A stretch of 64,000 nucleotides of DNA from Octopus sinensis (taxonomy: Eukaryota). Position 1 is the stretch's first letter; each line of letters starts with the position of its first letter. The notes beneath the pieces are model-generated. The model was not told the origin of the DNA. It saw only the letters and a program-made list of their open reading frames with translations, and made no database searches. The position numbers and the translations under genes were made by a program. The stretch is from the NCBI RefSeq assembly GCF_006345805.1, contig NC_043006.1:5394001-5458000 (forward strand), in the 5' to 3' direction. Positions 27,728 through 40,774 of the stretch are shown here, one piece after another.

Positions 27728-28704
27728 TGGGCCTAAAGTCACGGACAAAATAAGTTCAATGCACTCCGGAATTGTCAAAGACATGACTCAATTTTTCTAA
27801 AATTGAATTAAATACAAAAATATTGATGAATATACGCATACTTGTACATGATAAACAAAATGTATAATAATAGCGTAATATAAATAAAACGTCAAATATT
27901 TTGGTGCGTGAGTTTTGTCCCACCAGTATATGGAATGTTGATGGAACATATCCATCATAACTGTTTGTAAGTTCATGCATAACAGGTCGGATATTGCAGT
28001 TTGGGAGAGAAAAGAAAAACATGTCCTGTCAGATCCGAACGCCTCTTTGAAAATCAAAGAAAAAGGGAATATTACGGGCGTCTGCTTCGAAACCTTCAGT
28101 TTTATATTCAGATTATAAACTCACGTTTATACCAATAATAATCAGTGCACTTTGCTTTGTTAGTAAACGTCTAAATGAAAATCTGGAAGACCTTGGGTTT
28201 TCCAGCCCTTAACGCTTCTAATTCATACCGTTGGCTTCATTACAGAAAATAGCTTAGCAGAGCTTGAGTGCACTGATGACATCACAATCATGGCATCGCA
28301 TTTATGATGTCAGACTTATGACGTCACGATCATGACTTCCCAGGATCGACCTTAGTATATGTTATCTTGGGCAAGTGTATTTTTCTGCACCTTTGAGTCG
28401 ACTTAATCTTAGTCAGTGAAATCGTAAAGACGGAAACTGGGAAAGCATGTCGGCTGGAGTGTGTCTGTAATCCAAACAATCGGCCTTCGTCATGTGGATT
28501 CAGCCCTCAAATTATTTTACTTGTATACGTACTTTTGGATCCGTCAGCCATTTACACTTCAGTTTGACGAGGATAGGACACCTGAATGATCATTATCGAT
28601 ACTGAGAAGGGATCGATTGCTATCATATCATTGTTTATGTCTTGAATTGATTTTTAACTCATCATTTCTTAATAGTACAAATTATATTGGTCAGTAAAAA
28701 TCTT

Positions 28705-28833
28705 ACTTTTTTTTTACTCTTTTACTTGTTTCTGCAGCCATGCTGGAGCACCGCCTTTAGTCGAGCAAATCGACCCCAGGTCTTATTCTTTGTAAGCCTA
28801 GTACTTATTTCATCGGACTCTTTTGCTGAACCA
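28705..28833 (-). mobile_element. SINE family B tail fragment
   Basis: CCATGCTGGAGCACCGCCTTTAGTCGAGCAAATCGACCCCAGG. Confidence 0.85.
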
Positions 28834-29321
28834 TGGAACTTTCAGTAGATGGAATGACAGATGAGGTCACCATAAAGAGACATTTCTATGTTACTGGATT
28901 ATAGTGATAAATGCTTGTACAATACGAGTACCACTGTCTTCTTCTCTACAATTAGTACCTAGTGACATGCTGAAGCGAGGTAACTAGTAATCATCTGAAA
29001 CTGCAGGTTGTCCATCAGAATGTCCTACTCCTGGAAGGATGTTGTGACAACAGCTAGAGATCCCTCACTCACGGCTGTTTTACTGCGTGCATTGACACCA
29101 AACAAGGTCATTTCTGTGTCCCCGCGGTCAGATTGATCGTCATCACAGATGCTAGTTAAACCATAGCGGACAAGTGCTACTACTCCGGGTCAGAGTAGAT
29201 CTGAGAACAATAGTGTCTTAGATGTGTTCCACACACACCAACATTCTGCAACTGCCGTGCCAGAGCTCCACTACCGGATACAAGACATATATGAATGCAT
29301 GCATACATACATATATGTATG

Positions 29322-29355
<34 letters not shown>

Positions 29356-29428
29356 TGTATGTATGTATGTATGTATGTTTGTATGTTTGTATGTATGTAT
29401 GTATGTATATATATATATATAATGTATA

Positions 29429-29610
29429 GAGGGCATTATTACACATGAATGCCTCACACTAAGAGGGACATAAGTCATTACTGCCAAAATTTCACTAATC
29501 GTACCTAATGCAGTTTTCGAAGCAAGACATTTAAAAATGTCTTGTGAAATTTTGGTAGTTATGACTTATGTCCCTCTTAATGTGAGGCATTTATGTGTAA
29601 TAATGCCCTC
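29429..29610. mobile_element. Foldback MITE (possibly Sola2-type)
   Basis: About 67-bp TIRs beginning GAGGGCATTATTACAC with 4 mismatches, TATA on both sides, inner hairpin CAAGACATT/AATGTCTTG. Superfamily is inferred from GAG termini plus a 4-bp flank. Confidence 0.7.
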
Positions 29611-29914
29611 TATACAATATAAATTAATATTTTCAAAAGAAAAAAAATTATTTTCGAATTTTTTTCTCTTATGAGGTTTTTCACGCTAACTACCTGATAA
29701 TTTCTTGTTAAGATTCCTTATTAAGAAGTTATCCTTAATTGTTAAATTTATATATATATATTGTTTTTGTATTTGGTGTACAAGATTTATTATGTGAATT
29801 CGTGAGCTGAAGCATATTTTATTGTCTGGGGAGAGTCATTCTCTTTTAGTGCCTTATTATTTAACACACTCATCGGTACATAGATACATACATATATGTA
29901 ATATTAAATGACAT

Positions 29915-30895
29915 TACTGACATCATCAAACACAGTAACATCAGAATCTTCGCTGATGATTCCAAGCTCCAGAAGGTCACCAATGGCGTGGATGACCGGA
30001 TAAGCCTTCAGTCAGACCTACTGGCTGTTGTCCAATGGGCGGAAAAGAACAACATGTTGCTAAACGAAGACAAATTCAAACTGATGCACTTTGGAAGGGA
30101 GGACGCTCTGAAACTCCCATACTCCCTTCATTCTGGTGAAATTCTCATGGTGTCTAACAACATCAGATACTTGGGAGTAAATGTGGACAACAACATAAGC
30201 TGGGATACACATATAAGCAGCAAAGTTGACATGGCCCGCAGAATGTGTTCCTGGATTCTCAGGACCTTCCAGTCAAGAGATTCCCACACCATTATCCTTC
30301 TCTTCTCCACTTTTGCCTGACCCCACCTTGAATACTGCTGTCCACTGTGGTCTCCTTACACGAAACAAAATATTATGAGAAGCTCCCCAAAGGTCAATCA
30401 CAAAATAGGTAGACTAGAAAAGCTGAAACTGTATTCACTCCAACGACGCCGTGAACGCTACAATATCTGTATGATGTGGAAAATATTCCATCAGTACTGT
30501 CCAAATGATGTTGGCATCACCTTCAAAATACATCCAAGACTTGGACCACGTGCCATCCGTCCACAACAAAAATCTAAATCGCATCTCATAACAACAATAC
30601 ATCACAATTATTTCACCTCAATTGGACCCGCTCTCTTCAACATTACACCAGGACACGTCAAAACAGAAACTGACCACACAAAATTCAAGAAGTCTTTGGA
30701 CAAATTCCTTCAAACAGTACCGGACAAACCACCCAAAACCGGATATGTCACCGCAAACAATTACTCTCTGCTCGAATGGGCCTTGGTGCCCAAATCCTGA
30801 ATTGAAAGACTTCATCAGATGGTGCTATTAAATTAGACATGGCCTGGGCCAATACTGGCCAAAACCTTTCTAAGTAATTCTAAGTTATTCTATTC
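29915..30895 (+). mobile_element. CR1-group LINE RT C-terminus
   Basis: IRIFADDSKL, LQSDLLAVVQWAEKNNMLLNEDKFKLMHFG, PHLEYCCPLWSP, LKLYSLQRRRERY. Confidence 0.9.
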
Positions 30896-31156
30896 TTTCA
30901 TTCATTTCTGTTGTCCTGGTTTCAGTCGTTAGATTGGGGGCATGCACCACCTTGAAAAACTTCAGTCACTAAGCGACCACAGTAGTTATATTCTTTTAAT
31001 GCCTGGTAATTATTGTAGCAGCTTCATTTGTCGAACCGCTATTATCGGAGGACAAAACACACACACACACGCACGCACACACACACACACACACGCACGC
31101 ACACACATACACACACACACACACATATATATATATACATATTACATACATATAAA

Positions 31157-31196
<40 letters not shown>

Positions 31197-31240
31197 TAGA
31201 TATATACATACATACATACATACATACATACATACATACA

Positions 31241-31272
<32 letters not shown>

Positions 31273-32141
31273 AATACGAGGAGTACCCAAAGGTAACCGG
31301 ACGAGTTCTCTGTGGGATAAACCCATTGTAGTCCAGGTTTCCGTCGCTAGAAGCCACTTGAAGCTACCAGGGATGCCACTGATGGGTTTTTCTACCCAGA
31401 TCTGGGTTTTTGGGAGCAATGATGGGTTTATGGGTTTTAATTTCCAAATTTACATTAAATCTAGGTTTTTAAGTTAGTTTTGGCTGCAAATTTATATTTT
31501 AAGAAGAATTCGGTGCCATACTCTTTGTATGCAATATGTACCGAAGTTGCAGCTCTTCTCATACTTGGTAAACTTTCTATATATCAGCCATAATCATCTC
31601 ACCTAATGAATTTATCGATACAAATATTGTATGTGACGTAATTACCGATCGTACATGTTCATTACTTGTTTATACTTGTATCATACCGGGCAACTACAAG
31701 TTACAACGCGTTGGTGACCGCTTGTAGACTTGTCTGAATCTCTGACACCGCCAGTTGACAACTTGACTGTGTTGATGGTGTACGCTTCGATTGTTACTCG
31801 CGATTTAAAATTTGTTTAATAACATTTTGAGTGTTTTTGTTATGTAACCCTTTGCGAAGTAATGACAGACAATAGTGTGTCAAAAAAGTGGAAGTGGTAC
31901 ACCCGAAATTCCAAGACGTCGCGGCTGGAAGATGCTTAGCTTAAAGATTCGGTACCACAAGATGATAGAAATCCTGATACCTCCTACTGCGTTTGTTGCA
32001 ACGTTGTGTTGAAAAATGTTAACAAATCAATGCTGTTAGCTCATAAAAACACCACCAAACACAAGAAAGATTTTGATTGTGCGAAATCTGCGATTAAATT
32101 AAATTCGTTTATTGTTTAAAATAATACATTAAATATACATA

Positions 32142-32531
32142 CATAGGCGCAGGAGTGGCTGTGTGGTAAGTAGCTTGCTAACCAACCACATGGTTCCGGG
32201 TTCAGTCCCACTGCGTGGCATCTTGGGCAAGTGTCTTCTGCTCTAGCCCCGGGCCGACCAATGCCTTGTGAGTGGATTTGGTAGACGGAAACTGAAAGAA
32301 GCCTGTCGTATATATATATATATATATAAGTGTGTATGTCTTTGTGTGTCTGTGTTTGTCCCCCTGGTGTGTTTACGTCCCCGTTACTTTGCGATTCGTC
32401 AAAAGAGACCGATAGAATAAAACTGGGCTTACAAAGAATAATAAGTCCCGGGATCGATTTGCTCGACTAAAGGCGGTGCTCCAGCATGGCCGCAGTCAAA
32501 TGACTGAAACAAGTAAAAGAGTAAAAAGAGA
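32142..32531 (+). mobile_element. SINE family B in the hAT remnant
   Basis: Near-full copy matching 44689-45097. Confidence 0.9.
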
Positions 32532-33481
32532 AAATGCGTGTAAATGGAAAGAGTAGCTAAAGCAGACTTGCTACTAACAGGTTATATAAATCACTTGAAA
32601 GAAATTTGTGAAAAAGCTTTCCCGATAGTGAAATAGCTAAAAATCTACAAATTAAAAAAACAAAACATACATTATGCAAGACGGAATTGCACCTTATGAA
32701 CGAAACGAAATCTCGGAAATTCTCAAGAAACAAAAGTTTTCAGTATTGATAGATGAGAGTACGGACACAAATCTTAGCAATAGTTGTTCGTTCTTTTTGA
32801 TGAACAATCTTCTGGATGCAATTGTAAATGGTTCGTCTCAGGGTTTGAACGATGCTGTCAAGTCTACGCTTACAAAAGAAGATGCATCTATAAGCAGCAT
32901 ACTTGGATTTGCCTGTGTTAATTACTCAACATTGACGGGTAACAAGGGCAGGTTTCAAAAGTTAATGAGAAATGATATTCCGACTGTATTTACAACAGGC
33001 TGTGTTTGCCATTCGTTTGCGCTTTGTTCAAGTCATGCAGTGAGGGTGTTACCTTCGTATCTCGAGCCCTTTTTTAAAGGACTTAACTTTTCTCGAAGTG
33101 GCAAACGTCAAATTGACTTCAATATGATACAAAGTGCTGTTGGCACAAAGGAAAACAATATTCCAAAGCTTTCGCAAACTAGATAGTTGTCGAGTGAAAA
33201 AGTAATTAACGTTATAATAGAACAGTGGGATGCCCTTGTACTTTATTTTGAATCTGAGGCTAAAGTAGAAACAGTTGTCGGAGCAAAATGAATCTATGAA
33301 ACAATGATTAACAAAGGGACGAAGCAGATGCTGCTCTTTTTACATTTTATATTAACGTAAGTAAACACTCTTAATGTCGAGTTTCATTCGGAACACTTTC
33401 GACTGCATCTGTTGCATGCACTCGAATCCAGTGAATATAAAAATATCCTTGGTTGCTTTATAAAAGAGGATATTGATCTTA

Positions 33482-33677
33482 TGGCCCTCGTACCGGTGGC
33501 ACGTAAAAGCACCCACTTCACTCTCGGAGTGGTTGGCGTTAGGAAGGGCATCCAGCTGTAGAAACTCTGCCAGATCAAGATTGGAGCCTGGTGCAGTCAT
33601 CTGGTTCGCCAGACCTCAGTCAAATCGTCCAACCCATGCTAGCATGGAAAGCGGATGTTAAACGATGATGATGATGA
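33482..33677 (+). mobile_element. SINE family F
   Basis: GGAGTGGTTGGCGTTAGGAAGGGCATCCAGCTGTAGAAAC...CATGGAAAGCGGATGTTAAACGATGATGATGATG. Confidence 0.8.
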
Positions 33678-34418
33678 ACACAACAAATCACAAAGATATG
33701 AGTGATATTTACTTTGGTGGACGCGCAATGAGACATCTAGAGCAAAACCCCATCGTTGGTGACTCAGCTAGATTCAAAAACTGATTGCAAAAATTTTTTA
33801 ATAGAATTCTGCTCTCAAATAAAAATGTGCTTTCCTCTCGATGAAGCTGGAGTGTTTTCCCTCTTAGAAATACTTGATCCAAAAGTAGCGCGCGATCCAC
33901 TAACTCTCCTCAGTCAATAATTCCTTTGGCATCAAACTTCCCAGCAATTTGCACCAGAAAACACACTTGATGAACTAGACGATGAGTGGAAATTATTTCG
34001 GCAATACAAAGATATTCCTGTTTTCTCAAATAGCCTCCTTGAATTCTGATATACCATACGTAATCTTAAAGACGGGCTTCACTACTCTAAATTTGAGAGG
34101 CTATCATAATTCATGACTAATTTAACTGCGTTACCTCATTCATCAGCGTCCGTGGAACGCATGTTTTCCCAAGTAAATTGCACCAAGACAAAGTTCACTA
34201 ATAGGTTGAAGGCCGAAACGATCACCGATCGTCTTCTCGCTAAACAAGCAATTACAAGAAGGGGAGCATCATGCATTTCTTGGGAGCCGAACGCTAAATT
34301 TATTAAAGATGTAGTGGATAGGTCTCGCCATCTTAGTTACAGGAGTAGATAGAACTTCAAAAAGGAAAGAGTGAATGAAGATGATGTGGATATATACGAA
34401 ATTGACAATTAGCTAAAA

Positions 34419-34802
34419 TCTTTATATATAAAAGTGAGGTTGTGTGCTGTCTGTCTCCTACGATTTAGATTCCTAACTACTCCCACATTTTGCGGTGCAG
34501 TTTAACCAAAACCGGGTATCTTATAGTCCTGATTCATATCGAGCCCGTCTGGGTATTAGCGCGCATCTACGATGAGTCTACGATTTAAAAAGAAATTTAC
34601 CATCATTTTTTCCCATTTTTAATGCACATTTTTGCTAATATATAAGGGAAGTAACTCTCTAAAAATGTATTATTAAATCTCCGAACGTAAAAAGCTACAG
34701 TAACACCCCCCCTTTGAGATGGCTATTATATTTTACATCTCTAAAACTGCTTATATAGTTATTTCCCTTACAAACCCGAGCAACGCCGGGCGATACTGCT
34801 AG
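34419..34802 (+). mobile_element. Non-autonomous Helitron
   Basis: 5' TC, 3' CTAG, subterminal hairpin CCCGAGCAACGCCGGG (34775-34790), inserted between A (34418) and T (34803). Confidence 0.75.
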
Positions 34803-34809
34803 TATGATA

Positions 34810-35807
34810 TAAAGTAAGTATTAAATTCTATATTCATTTTGTCACATAACATATGCAGCAATTTTTTTTTTCTGGTTCCCAAAGAAACGTGCGGTCATGT
34901 TGGAAAACAACACCCTTCCTGTTGGCCAATTCTGGACGATTCTCTTGAATTGTTGCTTTTAACTCGTCCAGTTGTGTGCAGTATTTCTCAGAATTGTCTG
35001 GTTACTTGGGAGAAGCTCATAGTACAGAATTCCTTTCCAATCCCATCAGACACAAAGCAAGACTTTTTTAGGGCGAAGATCCGCTTTTGGAGTGGCTAAG
35101 GGTGGCTCATGTCGCTTACTCCAGGATCACTTTCTCTGAACATTGAGGTAGATAATCCACTTCTCATCACCTGCCATAATTTGCTTTAAAAAAGGCACGT
35201 TTTCATACCGTTTGTGAAGCGAATCACAGATGGAAATGCGATCCAAAAGGTTCTTCTTACTCAACTCATGTGGTACCCAAACATCGTAGCGATTTGTGTA
35301 CCTAAGCTTTACCAGGTGTTCATGAACGACGGATTTTGATAGGTTGAGGCTTTCTGCCAATTCTCGGGTTGAGCAATGTGGGTTATTCACAATTAATGAC
35401 TTGATTTGGTCATCATATGTTGTGGATGGTCTGCCTGATTACTCTTTATTAATAAGGCTACAATCTCCAGCTCGGAACCTTGTGAACCACTTCCGTACGG
35501 TTCTTTCGGATAAAGAAACATCACCATAAACTGCGCATCTTTCTTTGGTTGCTTGTGAGGCATTTTTTTCCTTTTACAGAAAAAGAAAAGCATCAAGAGG
35601 CGAAAATGACCTTTCTTATTTTCTATTTTAAAGGGTTACAGAATTTACACAGGTTATAGGAACATAAACTTTCTTCCACGAAAAGATAGCTTAAACTGTG
35701 CTCTAAATGGAGGTGTAGTAAAATCCTATTTTATGGACTCAACCATGTTCTAAAATAAGTCGAATGGTAAGCTACTATAAATCGGCACGAACTTTCCGGA
35801 CAACCCA

Positions 35808-35808
<1 letters not shown>
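34810..35808 (-). mobile_element. Mariner transposon, deleted and 3'-truncated
   Basis: TIR TTGGGTTGTCCGGAAAGTTCGTGCCGATTT with TA; peptides STRELAESLNLS, WVPHELSKKN, GDEKWIIY, LLCVWWDWKGILYYELLP, GVVFQHD. Confidence 0.9.
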
Positions 35809-35888
<80 letters not shown>

Positions 35889-36034
35889 TCCCTCACTACC
35901 ACTTGGTGTGTTTACATCCCCGTAACTTAGCGATTCAGCAGAAATGATGGATAGAATAAGTATCAGTAACTTCTGGAGTCGATTCATTCGACAAAAACGT
36001 TTTCCCTAGCATTTTATATATATATACATGATCG

Positions 36035-36255
36035 CCATGTAGATCGCCATGTTGATTCGTTAGCTACTGCACGCATTTTTTTTTCTCTCCTTCTTTCTGT
36101 GTTTTTTTTTCTCTCTGTGCATCTTTCTGTTGAAGAGCGTAGGCTCGAAACGTTAAAGACTTGTTTTATTTATATTTCCTGAGCGCCATACTAATACAAT
36201 TGTTCGTTTGTTTTCCACCTGCCTTCGTCTTTTGTCTATTTTCATAAAGCTTCCG
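36035..36255 (+). mobile_element. Family D PLE-type repeat, diverged subfamily
   Basis: Fold at 36122-36159: TCTTT CTGTTGA A GAGC GTAG GCTC GAAAC GTT AAAGA. Confidence 0.7.
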
Positions 36256-36265
36256 TTATATATAC

Positions 36266-36309
<44 letters not shown>

Positions 36310-36329
36310 TATTGTACGTATTCTATCCA

Positions 36330-36545
36330 TCATTTCTGCTGAATCGCTAAGTTACGGGGGTTTAAACACACCAAGTGGTAGTGAGGGACAAACATACACA
36401 CGCCATCCGTTTCCGTCTATCTATTTAACAAGGTTTTGATGATCCCGAAAATATGGTAGAAACCACTCACCCAAGGTGCCATGCAGCGAAACTGAACCTG
36501 GAATCATGTAGTTGGGAAGCAAGCTGCTTACCACACAGCCATGTC
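36330..36545 (-). mobile_element. SINE family B fragment
   Basis: CGCTAAGTTACGGGG, TTTCCGTCTA, GCTGCTTACCACACAGCC. A related plus-strand piece lies at about 35880-35998. Confidence 0.65.
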
Positions 36546-38509
36546 TGTGCCCGGTTATATACATATATTTATGTGTATATATTATATGTATATTATGCAT
36601 ATATTACGTGTATAGATAAACACACATATGTCAGTTTGTATGTATGTATTTATGTATAAATGTGTATAAATGTTTGTATGTGCGGACTCCTAAAATTGTT
36701 TACACACACACATATACACACACATACATACACACATACACATATGTGTATCTTTGTGTGAGTGTGTATATATGTATGTACGTATTTGTTCGTATGCATA
36801 TGTATATTCACAGTTGTGTATGTATTAAATACATGTGTGTGCGTATGGATATTAATAAACACATATATACACATATATACATAAACGAGTACACGCACAC
36901 ACATATATATGCATAGTTGTGTGATTATGTTGTTTACTGTATGTAAAACCCCTATGTATGTAAATGACACTATATTCTGATTAATTTTCTTTGAAACCAT
37001 TCATTTCAGTGAAATCTTCTCTAAAATCTTTCTCTCGCTTCTTGTCTCCCAGCCAACTCCCCAACTGTATGTCAAACACGGCTGTTTTAGCATTACGTAT
37101 TAGCTGCACAAGTGAATGCCTTCGCCTGCCTACTTCTCCGGTCGAAGACCGACATTGTCTGTATGGCTCGCCTGTCTTCACCAGCTGCACAATTCTCTTT
37201 TCGATTTAAATGCCTCTTATTCGCACACTTTCTTCGCTTTCTGTGATACTCTTTCATTTTCAGCTTATCTCTTTCTCTTACCAACACCAAATCCATTCCT
37301 TTTCCGATCTCTTCAACCATATATTAATTTCCTTTATAATCCATCTAAACAATAATATTCAGCTAGTTTCTTAGACTACCACCTACACGAATGCCCCTCT
37401 ATCGATCTAACACGCCTGTTTCAGAAATCTCGATTGAACAACTTTCATTTCCTTTTTCTAATTTCTTGATTTAATCGAAGTTCACTAGTAATTTGTTCTC
37501 TTGGATCACATTCTTTTAAATAAAAGTTCTTTCTTTTCCATTTTTAAAAGCCCCTCTCGAACAAATTTCTTTCTTATATATACACCTTTCCAATATTCGC
37601 CACAGCATAGGCAGCGAAACACCAAAATCACGTAATTTTATGTGCATATGCTTAATCGGTAGCAAGTTATGTTCGCAGTGCGGCAGCCAAATTTCAAAGC
37701 CAACATTCCATAGAAAAACAGTGACTGCTCAGTCATTGATATCGCAAAGTATACTAAATGATTCGCGTTTGCTAACGGCCCGTCTGTGCTTTTAGTATTG
37801 CACATGAGAGGCTCTCTCAAAGTGAATACTGCAGTAATGCGGTGTTCTAATAATACATCCATGTTTTAAGTAAGATGTAAATATTGGTTACAAACTTTCA
37901 CATTACGCCAACAAGTTCGCTTGAGTGGTAAGTCGATTAAATGGATTCAAATGCTCAACATATACTTTTTTCCTCGATTCTGAACGCATGAACGGCAAGG
38001 TCGACTTCGATGGAATTTTAAAACAGAACACAAAGGTGACGAAGTGCTGCTAAGTAATTTGTCTGGTGTCCTAATGATTTTGCCAGATCGTTGCCTTATG
38101 TAGGACATAAATATTTCCAAGCCACTCACCTGACGACGTGCAGGTGCACAGCTATTTCTGGATCATATTTATATAATAATATATATGAGAAACATCCAGT
38201 AACAAACAACTGATGCGAATGCACAAAACAATTGTTGTGATTTGGATTTCGTTCCACCTTGTATAAAAAATTATTTTATTCCAATCTTGATCACAACTGT
38301 CCCACGAACAGAAACGTGAAACTGAGTAACAGTTCTTTTGTGATGTCGTTGCAGCTTTATATTACTCTACCTTCAGTATTCGAGTACTATTTTATTCCAC
38401 ACTATTTTGCACGAGGCTACTCTTGTACACATCGCAGCGGGGAGATAAATCATTTGCCACCGCCACTGCCGAGACTATCAGACTACGGGATTTCAGCCTT
38501 CCCTGGCCT

Positions 38510-38546
<37 letters not shown>

Positions 38547-38554
38547 ATATAAAC

Positions 38555-40030
38555 ATACAGAGTAACACTCAAATTCATCCTACTGAACAACAATTTCATG
38601 TTCGATACAATTTACTATCGACAAAAATGTGGAATTGCAATGGGAACCCGAGCTACTCCAGTCATTGCGAACCTTGTAATGGGTTACCTAGAGCTTAAAA
38701 TATATTAATCATCACTACAAAAGTATGGCACCTCATTTCATTGCTATTTATGGGGAACTGGAAGAGATATTTGGACGATTGCTTCATACTTTGGAAAGAC
38801 AGCATGGACAAACTCCTCGATTTCAAAATAATGATTAACAATATTAATAGCAACATGCAATTCACCATGGAGCACAGCAATAAACAACTCCCTTTTCTTG
38901 ACATCCTAATTGAAATAGTCAATAACCACAACGAAACGGACATCTTCTATAAACCAACAGATTCTAAACAATACCTATTATTCAACTCATGCCACCCCAA
39001 ACACATAAAAATTAATTTACCTTATAATCCAGCGAAAAGAATCTGTACCATAGTTTCGGACACCAATATTCGTGAACGAAGACTCATTGAACTCAGATCA
39101 ATACTAATCAAAAGACATTACCCAATATCATTAATAAATGATGGCATTAAACGAGCTATGGAAATAGATATGCGAACATTAAGGGAAGTCAACCGAAATA
39201 CCAAACCGGACTTTAAAATACTCCCATATATCTCCACACATAACCCTAGAAACAACGAAGCCTTCAACATTATCATCCAAAATCTTTCCATCCTCACAGG
39301 AGATAAAACAATGAACAAAATTTTAGGCTCACACAAAATTATCAAGAGCAAAATGCAACCTAAATCATTGAAAAAAATATTAAGCAGCCCAAGACTATAT
39401 CCATTAACAACAGAACCAAAAGAGAAAAATGTGGTCGACCTTACTGTGGTACATGCTCCCACCTTTTAGAGGGTTCAGAATTCCACTTTAAACAAGATCA
39501 AATCAAATTTCACCTGTACCTCAGATAATGTAATCTATGCCATTACATGCTTAGGGTGTGGTAATAATTATATTGGTCAAACAGGAATATCACTCCATCG
39601 AAGAATCACTCGCCAGAAAGAACAAATCCGACACCCACAAAACAAACAGATACAGGTTAGTGAACACATAGAAAGGTGTGCTAGCAATCTTAATCGTAAT
39701 TTCCTAATTTTCCTCTTCTAACAATGTTCACAGAACACCTCAATACAACAAAGAATGAATAAAGAGGCAACTTACATCAATCTTCCCCAACTCAATATGA
39801 ATACATAACATAATACAGAACACCACTAACATTTTAATTAATACCACTAACCCCCATTCATTCCATACATCATTCACATTACATTATATCTACCCTAATT
39901 GCACCAAATCCAGAACTACATACCTCCCTTACACATAATCGTAGCAGACTTGGCACAGTTCATAAATCGGTGTGAATTCAAAGCAATTATTAATATACTC
40001 ACGAAACCGGTATGCTTTTGAATCCCTTTA
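38555..40030 (+). mobile_element. Penelope-like element, 5'-truncated, RT plus GIY-YIG endonuclease
   Basis: GIAMGTRATPVIANLVMGYLE, RYLDDCFILW, QFTMEHSNKQLPFLDILI, YKPTDSKQYLLFNSCHP, NVIYAITCLGCGNNYIGQTG; frameshifts present. Confidence 0.9.
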
Positions 40031-40348
40031 ACAATTCACAATAATGAATTTTATTACTTTTATTCCTACCTCAGTTCATCTAATTGTATATATCTATCGT
40101 TACTTTTCATAAAAAGCCTTTAATTTTTTGATTTCCAATGTGCATTTTCGCTTATTTTTCTTCTTACTTTCCCCTTACATTTCCACGTGTAGTTTCTATT
40201 TTTTTTTTGTAACATATTTCTATGGATTTAAATTTTGAATTTTATAATTTAAGTATTTTGTATTTTATATTAATTAATTTTATTTCTATGTCTTGGTTTA
40301 TGTTTTTCACTGTTTGATTTGCCTAATAGTGGTTTTATCTCTAATTTA

Positions 40349-40413
<65 letters not shown>

Positions 40414-40426
40414 TATATATATATAT

Positions 40427-40542
40427 GGCCTGCTCGCTTAGCCAGCGGGGTGGCGTCATTCGAAGGCTAAAACAATGCGAACGCATTGTGACCAGTAATG
40501 TGTAACAACATCTGATGGTCTGGTCGGTCACGTGGTCACGTG
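40427..40542 (+). mobile_element. SINE family C tail-2 fragment
   Basis: GGCCTGCTCGCTTAGCCAGCGGGGTGGCGTC matches the tails of 41421 and 53464. Confidence 0.8.
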
Positions 40543-40605
40543 GATATATATATATATGTATATGTATATGTATATATATATGTATATATCTATATTATAT
40601 ATATA

Positions 40606-40645
<40 letters not shown>

Positions 40646-40692
40646 TAATATATATATATATATATATAATTATATATATATATATATATATA

Positions 40693-40772
40693 GTTAATCC
40701 AAACATGAAAGCACAAAAAAAAAACACAACAACGCGAGGACGTGAAATAAATATAGTATTATTGGACGCTCA
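40693..40772 (-). mobile_element. Family E PLE-type repeat, truncated
   Basis: GTTAATCCAAACATGAAA...CAACAACGCGAGGACGTG...TTATTGGACGCTCA matches 60177-60255. Confidence 0.7.
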
Positions 40773-40774
40773 GA

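Larger units (their letters stand above)
31368..34410 (+). mobile_element. hAT transposon remnant interrupted by SINEs
   Basis: 5' end CAGGGATGCCAC, zinc finger YCVCCNVVLKN...AHKNTTKH, FSVLIDESTD, GCVCHSFALCSSHA, LSQTR*LS, dimerisation motif LPHSSASVERMFSQVN. No 3' TIR found. Confidence 0.8.
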
